Of a DNA stretch of 64,000 nucleotides, positions 1 to 10,725 are shown in pieces (the first letter of the stretch is position 1; each line of letters opens with the position of its first letter). Under the pieces are notes generated by a model. That model saw only the letters and a program-made list of their open reading frames with translations, had not been told where the DNA came from and ran no database searches. The position numbers and the translations under genes were made by a program. The DNA comes from Spirochaetales bacterium (GTDB taxonomy: Bacteria > Spirochaetota > Spirochaetia > JABEVK01), in NCBI GenBank assembly GCA_037142615.1, contig JBAXAI010000015.1, forward strand, positions 24,986 to 88,985. Reading direction: 5' to 3'.

Positions 1-127
1 GTCAAGCGACGGAGCCTGGGATGCATCCGCGAAGGACAGCCGAGGGAACCGCCCGGAGCGTACTGGAAGTACGCGAGGACGGATTCCCGACAGCTGGACG
101 AGCGGTGCGCCCAGGATCCTAGCTTGA

Positions 128-128
<1 letters not shown>
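1..128. repeat. ERIC-like palindromic intergenic element (copy 1)
   Basis: Terminal IR gtcaagc(1-7)/gcttgac(122-128), nested internal IRs, central hairpin gcgtact-gga-agtacgc. Followed by TA overlapping the groEL stop. Core 53-78 matches 60901-60926 in reverse complement (25/26). Confidence 0.7.
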
Positions 129-1786
<1,658 letters not shown>

Positions 1787-1934
1787 TCAAATAAGTAGGA
1801 TATAGGATTCTTTGGGGAAAGCGTCCGGATACACCGGCTTACTTTCCTACAAGATACCCAATTCCGCCCCGGCGGTAAAGGGTTTTGTGCGAAAATCCTT
1901 GACTAAAGGCCGACGACTGGCACAAGAATCGAGT

Positions 1935-3536
1935 ATGACCACCGTGGGAAAGAACCAGAATTTCGTCCTGTTCGACCTATCGACCCTCGATACGGCCACG
2001 GCATCGGGCTTTCTGGCAGAGTTAGCCTCGCGGACCGACTCCCGGTCGGTCAGTTTCCCCGGTCCTTGCCATTGGATTGTCTCTCCGGTGCGGAGCCTGG
2101 ACCTTTTGAGCGCGCGCGGACCCGGGCCTGACTTCCTGCGGGAGCGCCTCAACCACGGCGACCCGCTTTTTTGCAGTCACCCTTCGGGGCTGGCCTGGCA
2201 GGGGCTGTTCCCGATGGAGGCCGAGCAGGAGTTCCGTGCCCTGACGGCGCTGATCTCGCGCGAAACCCAGCTGTTTCTTGCCGAGAGCGGCGCCCCTCCC
2301 CCCTGGATGCACAGGCTGTCGAAGCCAGTCTTCCGTCCGACTGCCAATGGCCTGTGTGTGCATTTTGGCAACGACCAATGGCTGGTTCCTTGGGGTCCCG
2401 GCCGTCCGGGCGAAGTTTCCAGCCACCGACGGGGTGTCTGCTGGATTGTTCCGGGACAGGCTCTTGTCGCACCCTTGCCGGCGGCTCCTTGGGCCGATCT
2501 GACCCTACTGCGGCCCGCGCATGTCGGGCGCAAGGCTCCGGCCGTGCTCCGGTCGGTGTCGGCGCACACCTTTTCGCCGAAGGCAAAATTGGTGTTGAGT
2601 CGCATCTCGGAACTTCGCCGCTCGGGGGGCAACAGCCCGCTCCATCAGGCAATTCTTTTCCACACCCAAGAGTACCCGGGGTTGGGAACCCGCGAAGCGG
2701 TCGACTTCGACGCCTCGCTGGGAGGTATCCGCAAACGGGCGCTTGTCGCCAACATGCAGGGTGTGACCGACTTTCAGGAGTCGGGTCTCAAGGTTCGTTT
2801 TCAGGGCGGACGGCTGGTTCGCATCGAAGACAGCGTGCGAAAAGAAATCCTGTGCCATGGTGCCGAAAGTTCCATGACCTGGAACGGACGAAAGCATCCG
2901 TTTGTGACCAACAGCGCGTTTTCGTTTGAGGGAGACTTCTCGTGGGGGCTCAGGCAGAGTCTGGTGCTCGATCACGAAGACTTGTCCGAACCGGGCCGAC
3001 TGATTCTCGACTTTTTCTTTGTGGAAGAGAGCCGGGAGTTCTTTGTCGCTGCCACGGTGCGCTGGCCCAAGTGGAAGCAGACGACCACGGTGCAGGAATG
3101 GGCGCCGCTGAAGCTCGAAATGCTCGGTCCCTCGGCAACCGAAGCTCTGGGCACTCGGGTTCTGTGGCCCGACGGCCGTTCACAGGACGAATTGCACCGC
3201 AAGGGCCCGCGTCAGGGCATCCTTTGCGGCACAGACTTCGTGTTTGGTCTCGGAAAGACGGGCCTTGTGCTCGGTTTTCCCCAGAACCAAAGCCCCAGGC
3301 CGCACTACCTTCCCTGGCGTGTGGAACGGAGTTGGCGAGGCAAGAGGCTGTTCCTCAATCCTGAAGGGGGCGATTCCGCCCGTCCCAGCAGTGAGTTCGA
3401 AGGCGTCGAGGAGCATTTTCACTTCTACCTCAACCGGTCCGAAGGCGCGAAACTGCCGTTCTCGGTCACGCGCAAGCAGGCCACCGAGCTCATTCCACCG
3501 TACGTCATCGACTCGGCACCGATACCTGAGTCTTGA
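1935..3536 (+). CDS. Hypothetical protein (~533 aa)
   Basis: Long ORF filling the space between groEL and rpsD. ATG at 1935 chosen. No family recognised. Confidence 0.65.
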   Translation: MTTVGKNQNFVLFDLSTLDTATASGFLAELASRTDSRSVSFPGPCHWIVSPVRSLDLLSARGPGPDFLRERLNHGDPLFCSHPSGLAWQGLFPMEAEQEFRALTALISRETQLFLAESGAPPPWMHRLSKPVFRPTANGLCVHFGNDQWLVPWGPGRPGEVSSHRRGVCWIVPGQALVAPLPAAPWADLTLLRPAHVGRKAPAVLRSVSAHTFSPKAKLVLSRISELRRSGGNSPLHQAILFHTQEYPGLGTREAVDFDASLGGIRKRALVANMQGVTDFQESGLKVRFQGGRLVRIEDSVRKEILCHGAESSMTWNGRKHPFVTNSAFSFEGDFSWGLRQSLVLDHEDLSEPGRLILDFFFVEESREFFVAATVRWPKWKQTTTVQEWAPLKLEMLGPSATEALGTRVLWPDGRSQDELHRKGPRQGILCGTDFVFGLGKTGLVLGFPQNQSPRPHYLPWRVERSWRGKRLFLNPEGGDSARPSSEFEGVEEHFHFYLNRSEGAKLPFSVTRKQATELIPPYVIDSAPIPES

Positions 3537-3561
3537 CGCCACAACGACTTTTCCCTATGAT
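3533..3561 (+). promoter_or_regulatory. sigma70-type promoter of rpsD
   Basis: TTGACG-17bp-TATGAT. Confidence 0.7.
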
Positions 3562-3610
3562 CGTCGGGTTGCCTCCGTAAGGGGGGCTGTAGTTTTTCCG
3601 AGGAGTATCC

Positions 3611-4237
3611 ATGAACAGGAACCGCAAGAATGTCCCCAAGGGCAAGATTGTCCGTCACCTGGGCATCAACATCTTCGAACAGCCCAAGTACGACAAGCTG
3701 CTCAAGAAGAAGCCCCACGCGCCCGGCATGCATGGGCCCAAGAAGAAGCGGACCAAGCAAACCGAGTACGGCAAGCAACTGGTCGAAAAGCAGAAGCTGA
3801 AGTTCGCCTACGGTGTTTCCGAACGCCAGATCCGCAACATTTTCGAAAAGGCCAAGACGATGCCCGGTATCACCGGTGACTCGATGATGAGCCTTCTGGA
3901 ACGACGCCTTGACAACGTCATCTTCCGCTTGGGTCTCGCGACTTCGCGCACCCAGGCCCGGCAGATGGTGGGTCACGGTCACTTCCATGTCAACGGACGT
4001 CTGGTAAACATTCCTTCCTACAGCGTCAGAGGCGGCGACGTCATTACCGTGAAAGACCGGGAAAGCGTCAAGAAACTGGTGCGCGATCAGTATGCCAAGC
4101 ATTCTGGCAAGGCTAAGAGCACCTGGATGAATTTTGCGGAAGACGCACTGCGAGCGATCGTAGACCACATTCCGCGCCGGGAAGAGATTCCCACGATTGC
4201 CAACGAACAGATGGTGATCGAACTCTACGCCAAGTAA
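3611..4237 (+). CDS. rpsD: 30S ribosomal protein S4
   Basis: LERRLDNVIFRLG, ARQMVGHGHFHVNG and C-terminal ELYAK motifs; GAGGAG RBS. Confidence 0.98.
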   Translation: MNRNRKNVPKGKIVRHLGINIFEQPKYDKLLKKKPHAPGMHGPKKKRTKQTEYGKQLVEKQKLKFAYGVSERQIRNIFEKAKTMPGITGDSMMSLLERRLDNVIFRLGLATSRTQARQMVGHGHFHVNGRLVNIPSYSVRGGDVITVKDRESVKKLVRDQYAKHSGKAKSTWMNFAEDALRAIVDHIPRREEIPTIANEQMVIELYAK

Positions 4238-4265
4238 GAACTTCGGTTCGACTGGTTACGAGCAG

Positions 4266-4356
4266 AAAGCCGGCTTCGACGCCGTAAAACAGACTTGCCT
4301 CCGCCGGGCAATGGATGTTCCCTGGAAACAGGTTGTTGTCGGATGCCGGCTTTTTG
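4266..4356 (+). terminator. Long terminator-like stem downstream of rpsD
   Basis: aaagccggc...gccggcttttt closing stem enclosing two small hairpins. Confidence 0.5.
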
Positions 4357-4369
4357 ATTTTCTTTCAAC

Positions 4370-5800
4370 TCAGACTGGCGAGGGAACCGGGTTCGAGGCC
4401 AAGGAATAGACCCGCAGCGATTGCTTTCGTCCCTTGACGGTCTCCTCGGAAACAAAGGTGAACACAAACTCACTGCGAAACTCTTCTGCCAGCCCGTCGA
4501 TCGTCTCTTCCGAGACAAGAATGTCGACCATGAACTTTTTGGTGAGGCCTTCCAGCCGGCTGGACGTGTTGACGGTGTCGCTGATCACGGTCGAGTCCAT
4601 GCGCCGGTTCTCACCGATGGTGCCCAGCATGAGGGGGCCGCGGTGCAGGCCTATGCCCATGCGGATCGGAGGGTAGCTCGACAAAGCGCGGTGCTCGTTG
4701 TACTCCCTGAGGGCCGTTCGCATATCCAGAGCGGCGCAGGCACGAATTGATGAACTGAAAATTATCGCGGGGACTCATGGACTCGGAAAGCGTGGTGAAG
4801 TCGCGGATGTCTGCAAACATCACGACCATGGGTCGTTCTGAGAAATCGCCGAGCTCGATGTCAACGATGCTGGCTGTAGCGCTCAGAGTCGGCAAAAGCC
4901 GAGGTGAACTTCTTGAGCATGACCAAGGACTGGAACACGAGAAAGGCCAACAGCCCCACCGAGGACAAATACGGCGTCGGAATGAAGTAGTTGGTCTTCA
5001 GGATGTCGTTGACAACGGTGGCAAAGAACAGCAGAAACCCGCTGAGAAAGAGCGCCGCCCCGGCGAGTTTGCGCACCAAAGCCAACACCAAAACGACGAC
5101 GACCACGATTCCGAGCCCACCGACGTACAGCTGAAACCAGGGCAGAGCCGGAGTGTACCAGGCTGTGGGCAACAGCAGATTGGCGAGACTGTAGCCCCCG
5201 GCCCCTACGTAAGCGAAAGGCCGGAACCAGCGCGGCGTCACCTGCGGAAAGAGGTCACGGATAAACAGCGCGAAAAAGAGCGCCGTCGCGCTGAACGTGA
5301 GATAGCCGAGCTTCATGGCAGGCTCCCAACCGAGCCAGGGCAGAAGGTCTGCCAAAAAGGCTGACCCGTAAACGAGACCCCGGGTGGCCAGCAGGATGGA
5401 AATGATACCGAACCACAAGGGGGTCACATCGCTCCGTCGGTAGGCCCAAAGTCCCAAATGGTAGATTCCCATGATGAACAAACAACCGAAGAGAAACACG
5501 TTGAGCGTCACGTCGGCCGAACGAGCGGAGAGCAACTGCGCATAGTCGCCCACATGGAACGACTCGGTGAGCCCGGCGTTGATGTCGCCGAAGCTTGCGA
5601 CGCGGATCTCGAGCAAGTTGTCTCCCGCTTCGGTGTCGAGGTCGACGACGCCAGTTCGGCGGGCCGGCTCGTAGGCTTCCGGGGTCCAGCTTCCCGTTCG
5701 CCAAACCGTCCGGCCGTTCCAGAGCACTTCCGAGGCCGAGTTAATCAGCGGTACCGACAGCGCAAGGCGAGGAGGCGGGTCGTCGCATAGCTTCCATTTT
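4370..5800 (-). pseudogene. 7TM-DISM sensor / class III adenylate-guanylate cyclase, 5'-truncated and internally deleted
   Basis: Three frames: TM region (4861-5727), VMFADIRDFTTLSE (in 4611-4895), RMGIGLHRG...SDTVNTSSRLEG (4370-4723). The GD-containing catalytic segment is missing and the N-terminus is cut by an in-frame stop. Confidence 0.85.
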
Positions 5801-5827
5801 CAGTCATCCTCGCCTAATGTGCAAACT

Positions 5828-6781
5828 ATGAAGATCACGTTCCTCGATGCGGCCAGTTTAGGTCCCGGCCTTGATTTTTCGGCGTTTGAACGTTGGGGTG
5901 TCGCGGAGTTCTACGACAATACGGCCCTGAGCGAACGCGCGGCTCGCCTTCACGATACGACCGTGGCCATCGCCAACCGTGTCGTGTTCGACGAGGCGGT
6001 GTTCTTGGCTTGCCCCCAGCTCAAGCTCATCCTCCTGACGGCGACGGGCTACAACAACGTCGATTTGGATGCCGCCCGCAAATACAGGGTTGGAGTTTGC
6101 AACGTTGTCGGCTATTCGACGGCGAGCGTGGCCCAACACACCTTTGCCCTCCTGCTTGCCCTGATGGAGCAGACGTCCTGGCTCGACGCCTACGCGAAGT
6201 CACACTGGGCCGGTTCGACCACGTTTGGTCATTTGCAGCGGCCCTTTCACGAAATCGAAGGCAAACGCTGGGGAATTATCGGCCTGGGAGCCATCGGCCG
6301 CCGGGTCGCCGGCCTTGCCCAGGCCTTTGGGGCCGAACCGGTGTACTTCAGCACGACCGACCAGGACCGCGCTGGGTCCTGGCCACGGCTCCAGCTGGAA
6401 ACTTTGCTGGCCACCAGCGACATCGTGAGCATCCATTCCCCCCTGAATGACCGGACGAGAGGCCTGCTGGGGGTCAAGGAATTGGGTTGGATGCGCGCTT
6501 CGGCGTACCTGGTCAACGTTGGGAGGGGCGGCATCGTCGACGAGAGAGCTCTCGCCTTGGCCCTCGACCGCGGAGAGCTCGCCGGGGCTGCCCTCGACGT
6601 GACCCTTCCCGAACCTCCGCTGGCGGACAACCCGCTCTTGCGCCTGAAGCGCCCAGAGAGGCTAGTGATCAGCCCTCACCTGGCCTGGGCCAGCGTGGAA
6701 GCCCGCAACCGCTGTTTGGTCGAAGTGGGCCTCAACCTGCAAGCGTGGCTGGACGGAGAACGCCGTAACCGCCTGGACTGA
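5828..6781 (+). CDS. D-2-hydroxyacid (glycerate-type) dehydrogenase
   Basis: GIIGLGAIG Rossmann motif, NVGRGG, ISPHLAW. Confidence 0.93.
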   Translation: MKITFLDAASLGPGLDFSAFERWGVAEFYDNTALSERAARLHDTTVAIANRVVFDEAVFLACPQLKLILLTATGYNNVDLDAARKYRVGVCNVVGYSTASVAQHTFALLLALMEQTSWLDAYAKSHWAGSTTFGHLQRPFHEIEGKRWGIIGLGAIGRRVAGLAQAFGAEPVYFSTTDQDRAGSWPRLQLETLLATSDIVSIHSPLNDRTRGLLGVKELGWMRASAYLVNVGRGGIVDERALALALDRGELAGAALDVTLPEPPLADNPLLRLKRPERLVISPHLAWASVEARNRCLVEVGLNLQAWLDGERRNRLD

Positions 6782-6794
6782 CCCGCACGGAGGG

Positions 6795-7469
6795 CTACTT
6801 TCGTCGGCGCCAGGGCACCGAAAACCGCCGGGCGATTTCGGAAGGGGCCGCAGGAAGGTTCTGCACCCGGGGTAAGTTCACCTGGAACCGCATGGCCAGC
6901 AGGCGGAGCACGATGGTCAGCGCGGCGGCGAAGAGCAGACAGACCTCGTCACCGAAGCCCAGGGATTTGGCGCCCCAAAGTGCCAACGCGCCAAGAGCGG
7001 CTGCCGTCGCGTAGAAGTCGGTCGCGAGTACGGCGGGTATCTCACTGACCAGAATATCGCGGATGACACCGCCGCCAACGGCCGTCATGGTGCCAATCAT
7101 CACGACGCCAATGGGACCCAAACCGTGCTCGAAGCCCTTGAGGGCTCCCAGCGCCGCGAAAACGCCCAGGCCAATCGCATCGAATACTTTCACGAGATTC
7201 CACCAGCGGGCAATCCGGGGCGCGGTGAAAAACACCAGGAGCCCCCCGGCGAGGCAGACGATGAAATAGATCTCGTTGGTGAAGACGGCCGGCGGGTACG
7301 TCCCGAGGATCACGTCGCGCAGAATGCCTCCCCCTACCCCGGTGAAGACCGAAAGGACCAGCACACCGAGGATGTCGAGCTCATATTTGACCGCGCGAAA
7401 GGCCCCGGTGACGGCAAAAACCAAGGTTCCGAAAAGGTCGAGGGCATAAAACAGGTCTTTTCCATCCAT
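6795..7469 (-). CDS. Trimeric intracellular cation channel family (YadS/UPF0126) membrane protein
   Basis: Duplicated TGVGGGILRD / TAVGGGVIRD motifs; AAGGAG RBS before ATG 7469. Confidence 0.9.
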   Translation of the reverse strand: MDGKDLFYALDLFGTLVFAVTGAFRAVKYELDILGVLVLSVFTGVGGGILRDVILGTYPPAVFTNEIYFIVCLAGGLLVFFTAPRIARWWNLVKVFDAIGLGVFAALGALKGFEHGLGPIGVVMIGTMTAVGGGVIRDILVSEIPAVLATDFYATAAALGALALWGAKSLGFGDEVCLLFAAALTIVLRLLAMRFQVNLPRVQNLPAAPSEIARRFSVPWRRRK

Positions 7470-7509
7470 GGGCTGGTGTCTCCTTGCCGCACTTGAGTAT
7501 TCTAGGGTG

Positions 7510-8940
7510 ATGGAGCCCCGAAAAAAAGCCCTGTTCACGTTCCGTTCTACCGAAGGCGAGTACGTCTTGTACTGGATGCAGGCTTCGGTGCGCGTGCGGG
7601 CCAACCTGGCTCTGGTCGAGGCAGCGGCCCAAGCCCGGTCACTGGGCTGCCCGCTGGCTGTGGTGTTCTGCCTTACCGCGTTTCCCGAGGCGAACGCCCG
7701 ATCGTTTGCCTTCCTCCTTGACGGGTTGCAGGATGTTGCTGCTTCGCTCGACGACCTCGGTGTTTCGTTCACCGTGGTACGTGGCGAACCCATCGACGTG
7801 GTGCCCTTGTGCGGCCGCTTGGCCCGGCTGGTGGTTTTTGACCGGGGTTACTTACCGATTCAACGGCGGTGGCGGGAACGTGTCGCGGCAGCCTTGCCGT
7901 GCCCGGTACTCGAAGTCGAAGACAACGTGGCGGTTCCCGTCGAAACGGTGAGCACCAAGAGCGAGTGGTCGGCCGCCACACTGAGGCCCAAACTGATGCG
8001 TCTGGCCGAGCTCGAAACCCTGAGCGAGCCCGTCTGGTCGCCCGTAGCGGCACCGTCGCACCTGAAGGAGCGCTGGAAACTTGCAGGCGTCGAGGTTCTC
8101 GACGCCGTCCCCTCGAGGCAGGACCTGGCACGGTTTGGGAACCAGGCCGGTCACGTACCCGCAACCGAGCTTCCCGGGGGAGAGAGGGCTGCCTGGCGGG
8201 CTTGGACCACGTTCGCCCAAACCCGCCTGGAGCGCTACGACTCCGACCGGAACGACCCGAACCTCGACGCCACCTCGGGCCTGGCCCCGTACCTGCACTT
8301 CGGGCATATTACCCCGCTCACGATCCTCGCCGAACTCAAGAGCAATGGACTCTGGAAACCCGCGCTCAGCTACCGCCGCAGCGGTGAGGATCCGGTCTCG
8401 AAGTTCCTCGACGAGCTGCTGGTACGCCGAGAGCTGGCCGTCAACGCAGCCTGGTACAACCCCGAGTTCGCGAGCTTTGCCGGACTGCCCCAATGGGCTC
8501 GCCGTACGCTGGCCAACCACGCGCTCGACCGTCGGGAGTTCCTGTATACCCCCGAACAATGGGAAGCCGCGCTGACCCACGACCCGGCGTGGAACGCGGC
8601 CCAGACCGAATTGGTGACCACGGGCCGCCTGCACGGAACCCTGCGCATGTACTGGGGCAAGAAGCTGCTCGAGTGGAGCGCCGACCCGGCCGAGGCCTTT
8701 GACCTGGCGTTGCGCCTGAACAACAAATACGCCCTCGATGGCCGCGACCCGAACTCGGCAGCCGGCGTTGCCTGGTGCTTTGGAGCCCACGACCGCCCCT
8801 GGGGGGAACGGCCTGTGTATGGGTTGGTGCGCTGCATGACCTCCGGTGGTTTGGCCCGCAAGTTCGACCTCGCGGCGTACCTCCGGCGCTTCACTCGCCC
8901 GAGTTCACCACCACCTCTCCAGCGCTCGTTGCCACTCTGA
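7510..8940 (+). CDS. phrB: Class II CPD DNA photolyase
   Basis: YVLYWMQ, SGLAPYLHFG, RMYWGKKLLEW, YALDGRDPNS, HDRPWGERPVYG. Confidence 0.93.
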   Translation: MEPRKKALFTFRSTEGEYVLYWMQASVRVRANLALVEAAAQARSLGCPLAVVFCLTAFPEANARSFAFLLDGLQDVAASLDDLGVSFTVVRGEPIDVVPLCGRLARLVVFDRGYLPIQRRWRERVAAALPCPVLEVEDNVAVPVETVSTKSEWSAATLRPKLMRLAELETLSEPVWSPVAAPSHLKERWKLAGVEVLDAVPSRQDLARFGNQAGHVPATELPGGERAAWRAWTTFAQTRLERYDSDRNDPNLDATSGLAPYLHFGHITPLTILAELKSNGLWKPALSYRRSGEDPVSKFLDELLVRRELAVNAAWYNPEFASFAGLPQWARRTLANHALDRREFLYTPEQWEAALTHDPAWNAAQTELVTTGRLHGTLRMYWGKKLLEWSADPAEAFDLALRLNNKYALDGRDPNSAAGVAWCFGAHDRPWGERPVYGLVRCMTSGGLARKFDLAAYLRRFTRPSSPPPLQRSLPL

Positions 8941-9634
8941 GGCCACCGGCCGCATCGAGCCCCAAGACGACACCTTCGACAACCGTCGAACCGGTGTCAG
9001 GGACTTGCACGGAAAGCACCTCGCCTCGCCGCCACAGGAGCCCCTCGCAGGCCGTTTTCGGGTCCACGAGAGCCAAGGCCGCCTGCAAGTGAGGCAGAAG
9101 TTCCCCCAGCGCCACTTCGGGCGACAAAGACACCCCATGCAAAGCGAGCGAGGTTGGCTGCTGACGAAACTCCCCGGCGAAGTGCTGCTGCCGCAGATTG
9201 ATGCCGACTCCGGCGTGATAGCTGTGCGGACCCGTGGACGAAAGGCGCGACCGGACCAGAATGCCCGCGACTTTGCGACCGTCGAGATACACATCGTTGG
9301 GCCATTTGAGGGCGATTTGCGGCGAAGCGGCCCACGCTAGGCCTTGCAACCAGCGACAGACCCCCAAACCGACCACGAGTGAAGGTGCAAACGTGGGGAC
9401 AGCGAACAGCGACGCCGGCCAGAACACGGTGAAGAGCAGACTGTCGCCCGGTGCACTGAGCCAGTTTCGGCCTTGGTGACGGCCTACGCCCTGACTCTGA
9501 TAGCCAGCCACGACAAGCGAGCCGCCAGGCTCACCGCGGGCTTCCAGGTCCCGGGCATCGTCCATGGTGCTGAAGGTCTCGGGGGTGTACCAGCAGGTGC
9601 CACCCCAGGGGTTGGCGACGCGAAGCTCGGTCAT
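8891..9634 (-). CDS. birA: Biotin--[acetyl-CoA carboxylase] ligase (no HTH)
   Basis: QSQGVGR, LKWPNDV, KVAGIL, GVGINL. Confidence 0.92.
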   Translation of the reverse strand: MTELRVANPWGGTCWYTPETFSTMDDARDLEARGEPGGSLVVAGYQSQGVGRHQGRNWLSAPGDSLLFTVFWPASLFAVPTFAPSLVVGLGVCRWLQGLAWAASPQIALKWPNDVYLDGRKVAGILVRSRLSSTGPHSYHAGVGINLRQQHFAGEFRQQPTSLALHGVSLSPEVALGELLPHLQAALALVDPKTACEGLLWRRGEVLSVQVPDTGSTVVEGVVLGLDAAGGLRVATSAGEVVVNSGE

Positions 9635-10725
9635 TCCACTTTTTGAACCAGGACTTCCTTGTCGAGTACCGTCACGGTGATAATGTCACCCGCACTACCC
9701 CAATACGGCAGGTTGAGGACCCCGCCGGGGTGTTTCATGGCAAGCAACTCCAAACTCTCGCCCGAAATTCGCTTCAGGCTCACTTTCAGGTCCACCATGA
9801 TCGGATACTCCGGCAAGGTCGTCGTCAGCAGGTGGAACGTTCGGCCGTCGGTGAGCAAGGGAGGTTCAGCCAGGGTCAGCTTGATCGGGGCCCCCTTGGC
9901 CAGTTCAGCGCCATTTACAGGCGCCTGTGAAACAAACTGACCTGCCTTTTCGCCAGCGTCGGGTTTCCGAACGGTGATCAGAAACGGAATGCTATCGCTC
10001 GCCAGCGACGTAAGCGCGTCGCTCCAAGGCTGGCCCAGATAATTGCCCACCTTGACCACTTGACCCTTCGGACCCCGGCTGATCACCAGCTTGAGTGCCA
10101 CCGGCGAGCCCAAAGCCGTTCCGGGCAGCGGCTGCTGTTCGAGAATTGTCCCTTCGGGCGCCGAGTTGATAACGTAGGTAGGATCGGTCCCCAGCGTGAT
10201 AAGGGGCACTGCCTGCGAGGAAAACAAGGTCTTGAGTTTAAGCTGCAAATCGTTGACGCTCAGGCCTTTGTAGTCTTCCACGGTATCAATGACCGCGCCT
10301 TTGGAAACCCAGAGGGTAACCCGGCGACCCGACTTGCTCAAAAGTCCGCCTTCGGGATCCTGGGCGATTACGCTCCCCTTTTCACGCGGATCATTGGAGA
10401 ACTTGACTTGAACGACGGGCACGAGTTCCTTCTCTTGCAGGTCGAGAATGGCCGCAACGAGTTCCTTGCCAACAACCTTCGGAATGAGGGTTTCTTCGGC
10501 ACCCTTGAGGCTGAAAAAGAAGGCTGCGGCAGCGAAGAACACCAGCAGGGCAAACATTCCCACCAGCGACCAAGCGATCTTCTTGAATTGGCGAGCATTC
10601 TCATCGTCGCCCTTGGAAGGAAGTGCCCGGCGGGCCAGGCGCTTGAGATCCTTCCAGAACACCTTGAGTCGGGCCGAGAAAGCGCCTTTTGGGCGGGGAG
10701 GCTTCGGGGTTGCAGGCGTGCTCAT
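9631..10725 (-). CDS. Membrane-anchored PASTA-domain protein
   Basis: One TM segment, then IPKVVGK/VIAQDP/ILEQQP PASTA repeats. ATGA overlap with the fmt stop. Confidence 0.88.
   Translation of the reverse strand: MSTPATPKPPRPKGAFSARLKVFWKDLKRLARRALPSKGDDENARQFKKIAWSLVGMFALLVFFAAAAFFFSLKGAEETLIPKVVGKELVAAILDLQEKELVPVVQVKFSNDPREKGSVIAQDPEGGLLSKSGRRVTLWVSKGAVIDTVEDYKGLSVNDLQLKLKTLFSSQAVPLITLGTDPTYVINSAPEGTILEQQPLPGTALGSPVALKLVISRGPKGQVVKVGNYLGQPWSDALTSLASDSIPFLITVRKPDAGEKAGQFVSQAPVNGAELAKGAPIKLTLAEPPLLTDGRTFHLLTTTLPEYPIMVDLKVSLKRISGESLELLAMKHPGGVLNLPYWGSAGDIITVTVLDKEVLVQKVE

Noticed and set aside
8891-8940. Convergent 3' overlaps (phr/birA, GT4/dus, RR/HK, fecR/rsmA) as antisense regulation
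   Set aside because: Short tail overlaps are common in compact high-GC genomes; no further evidence.
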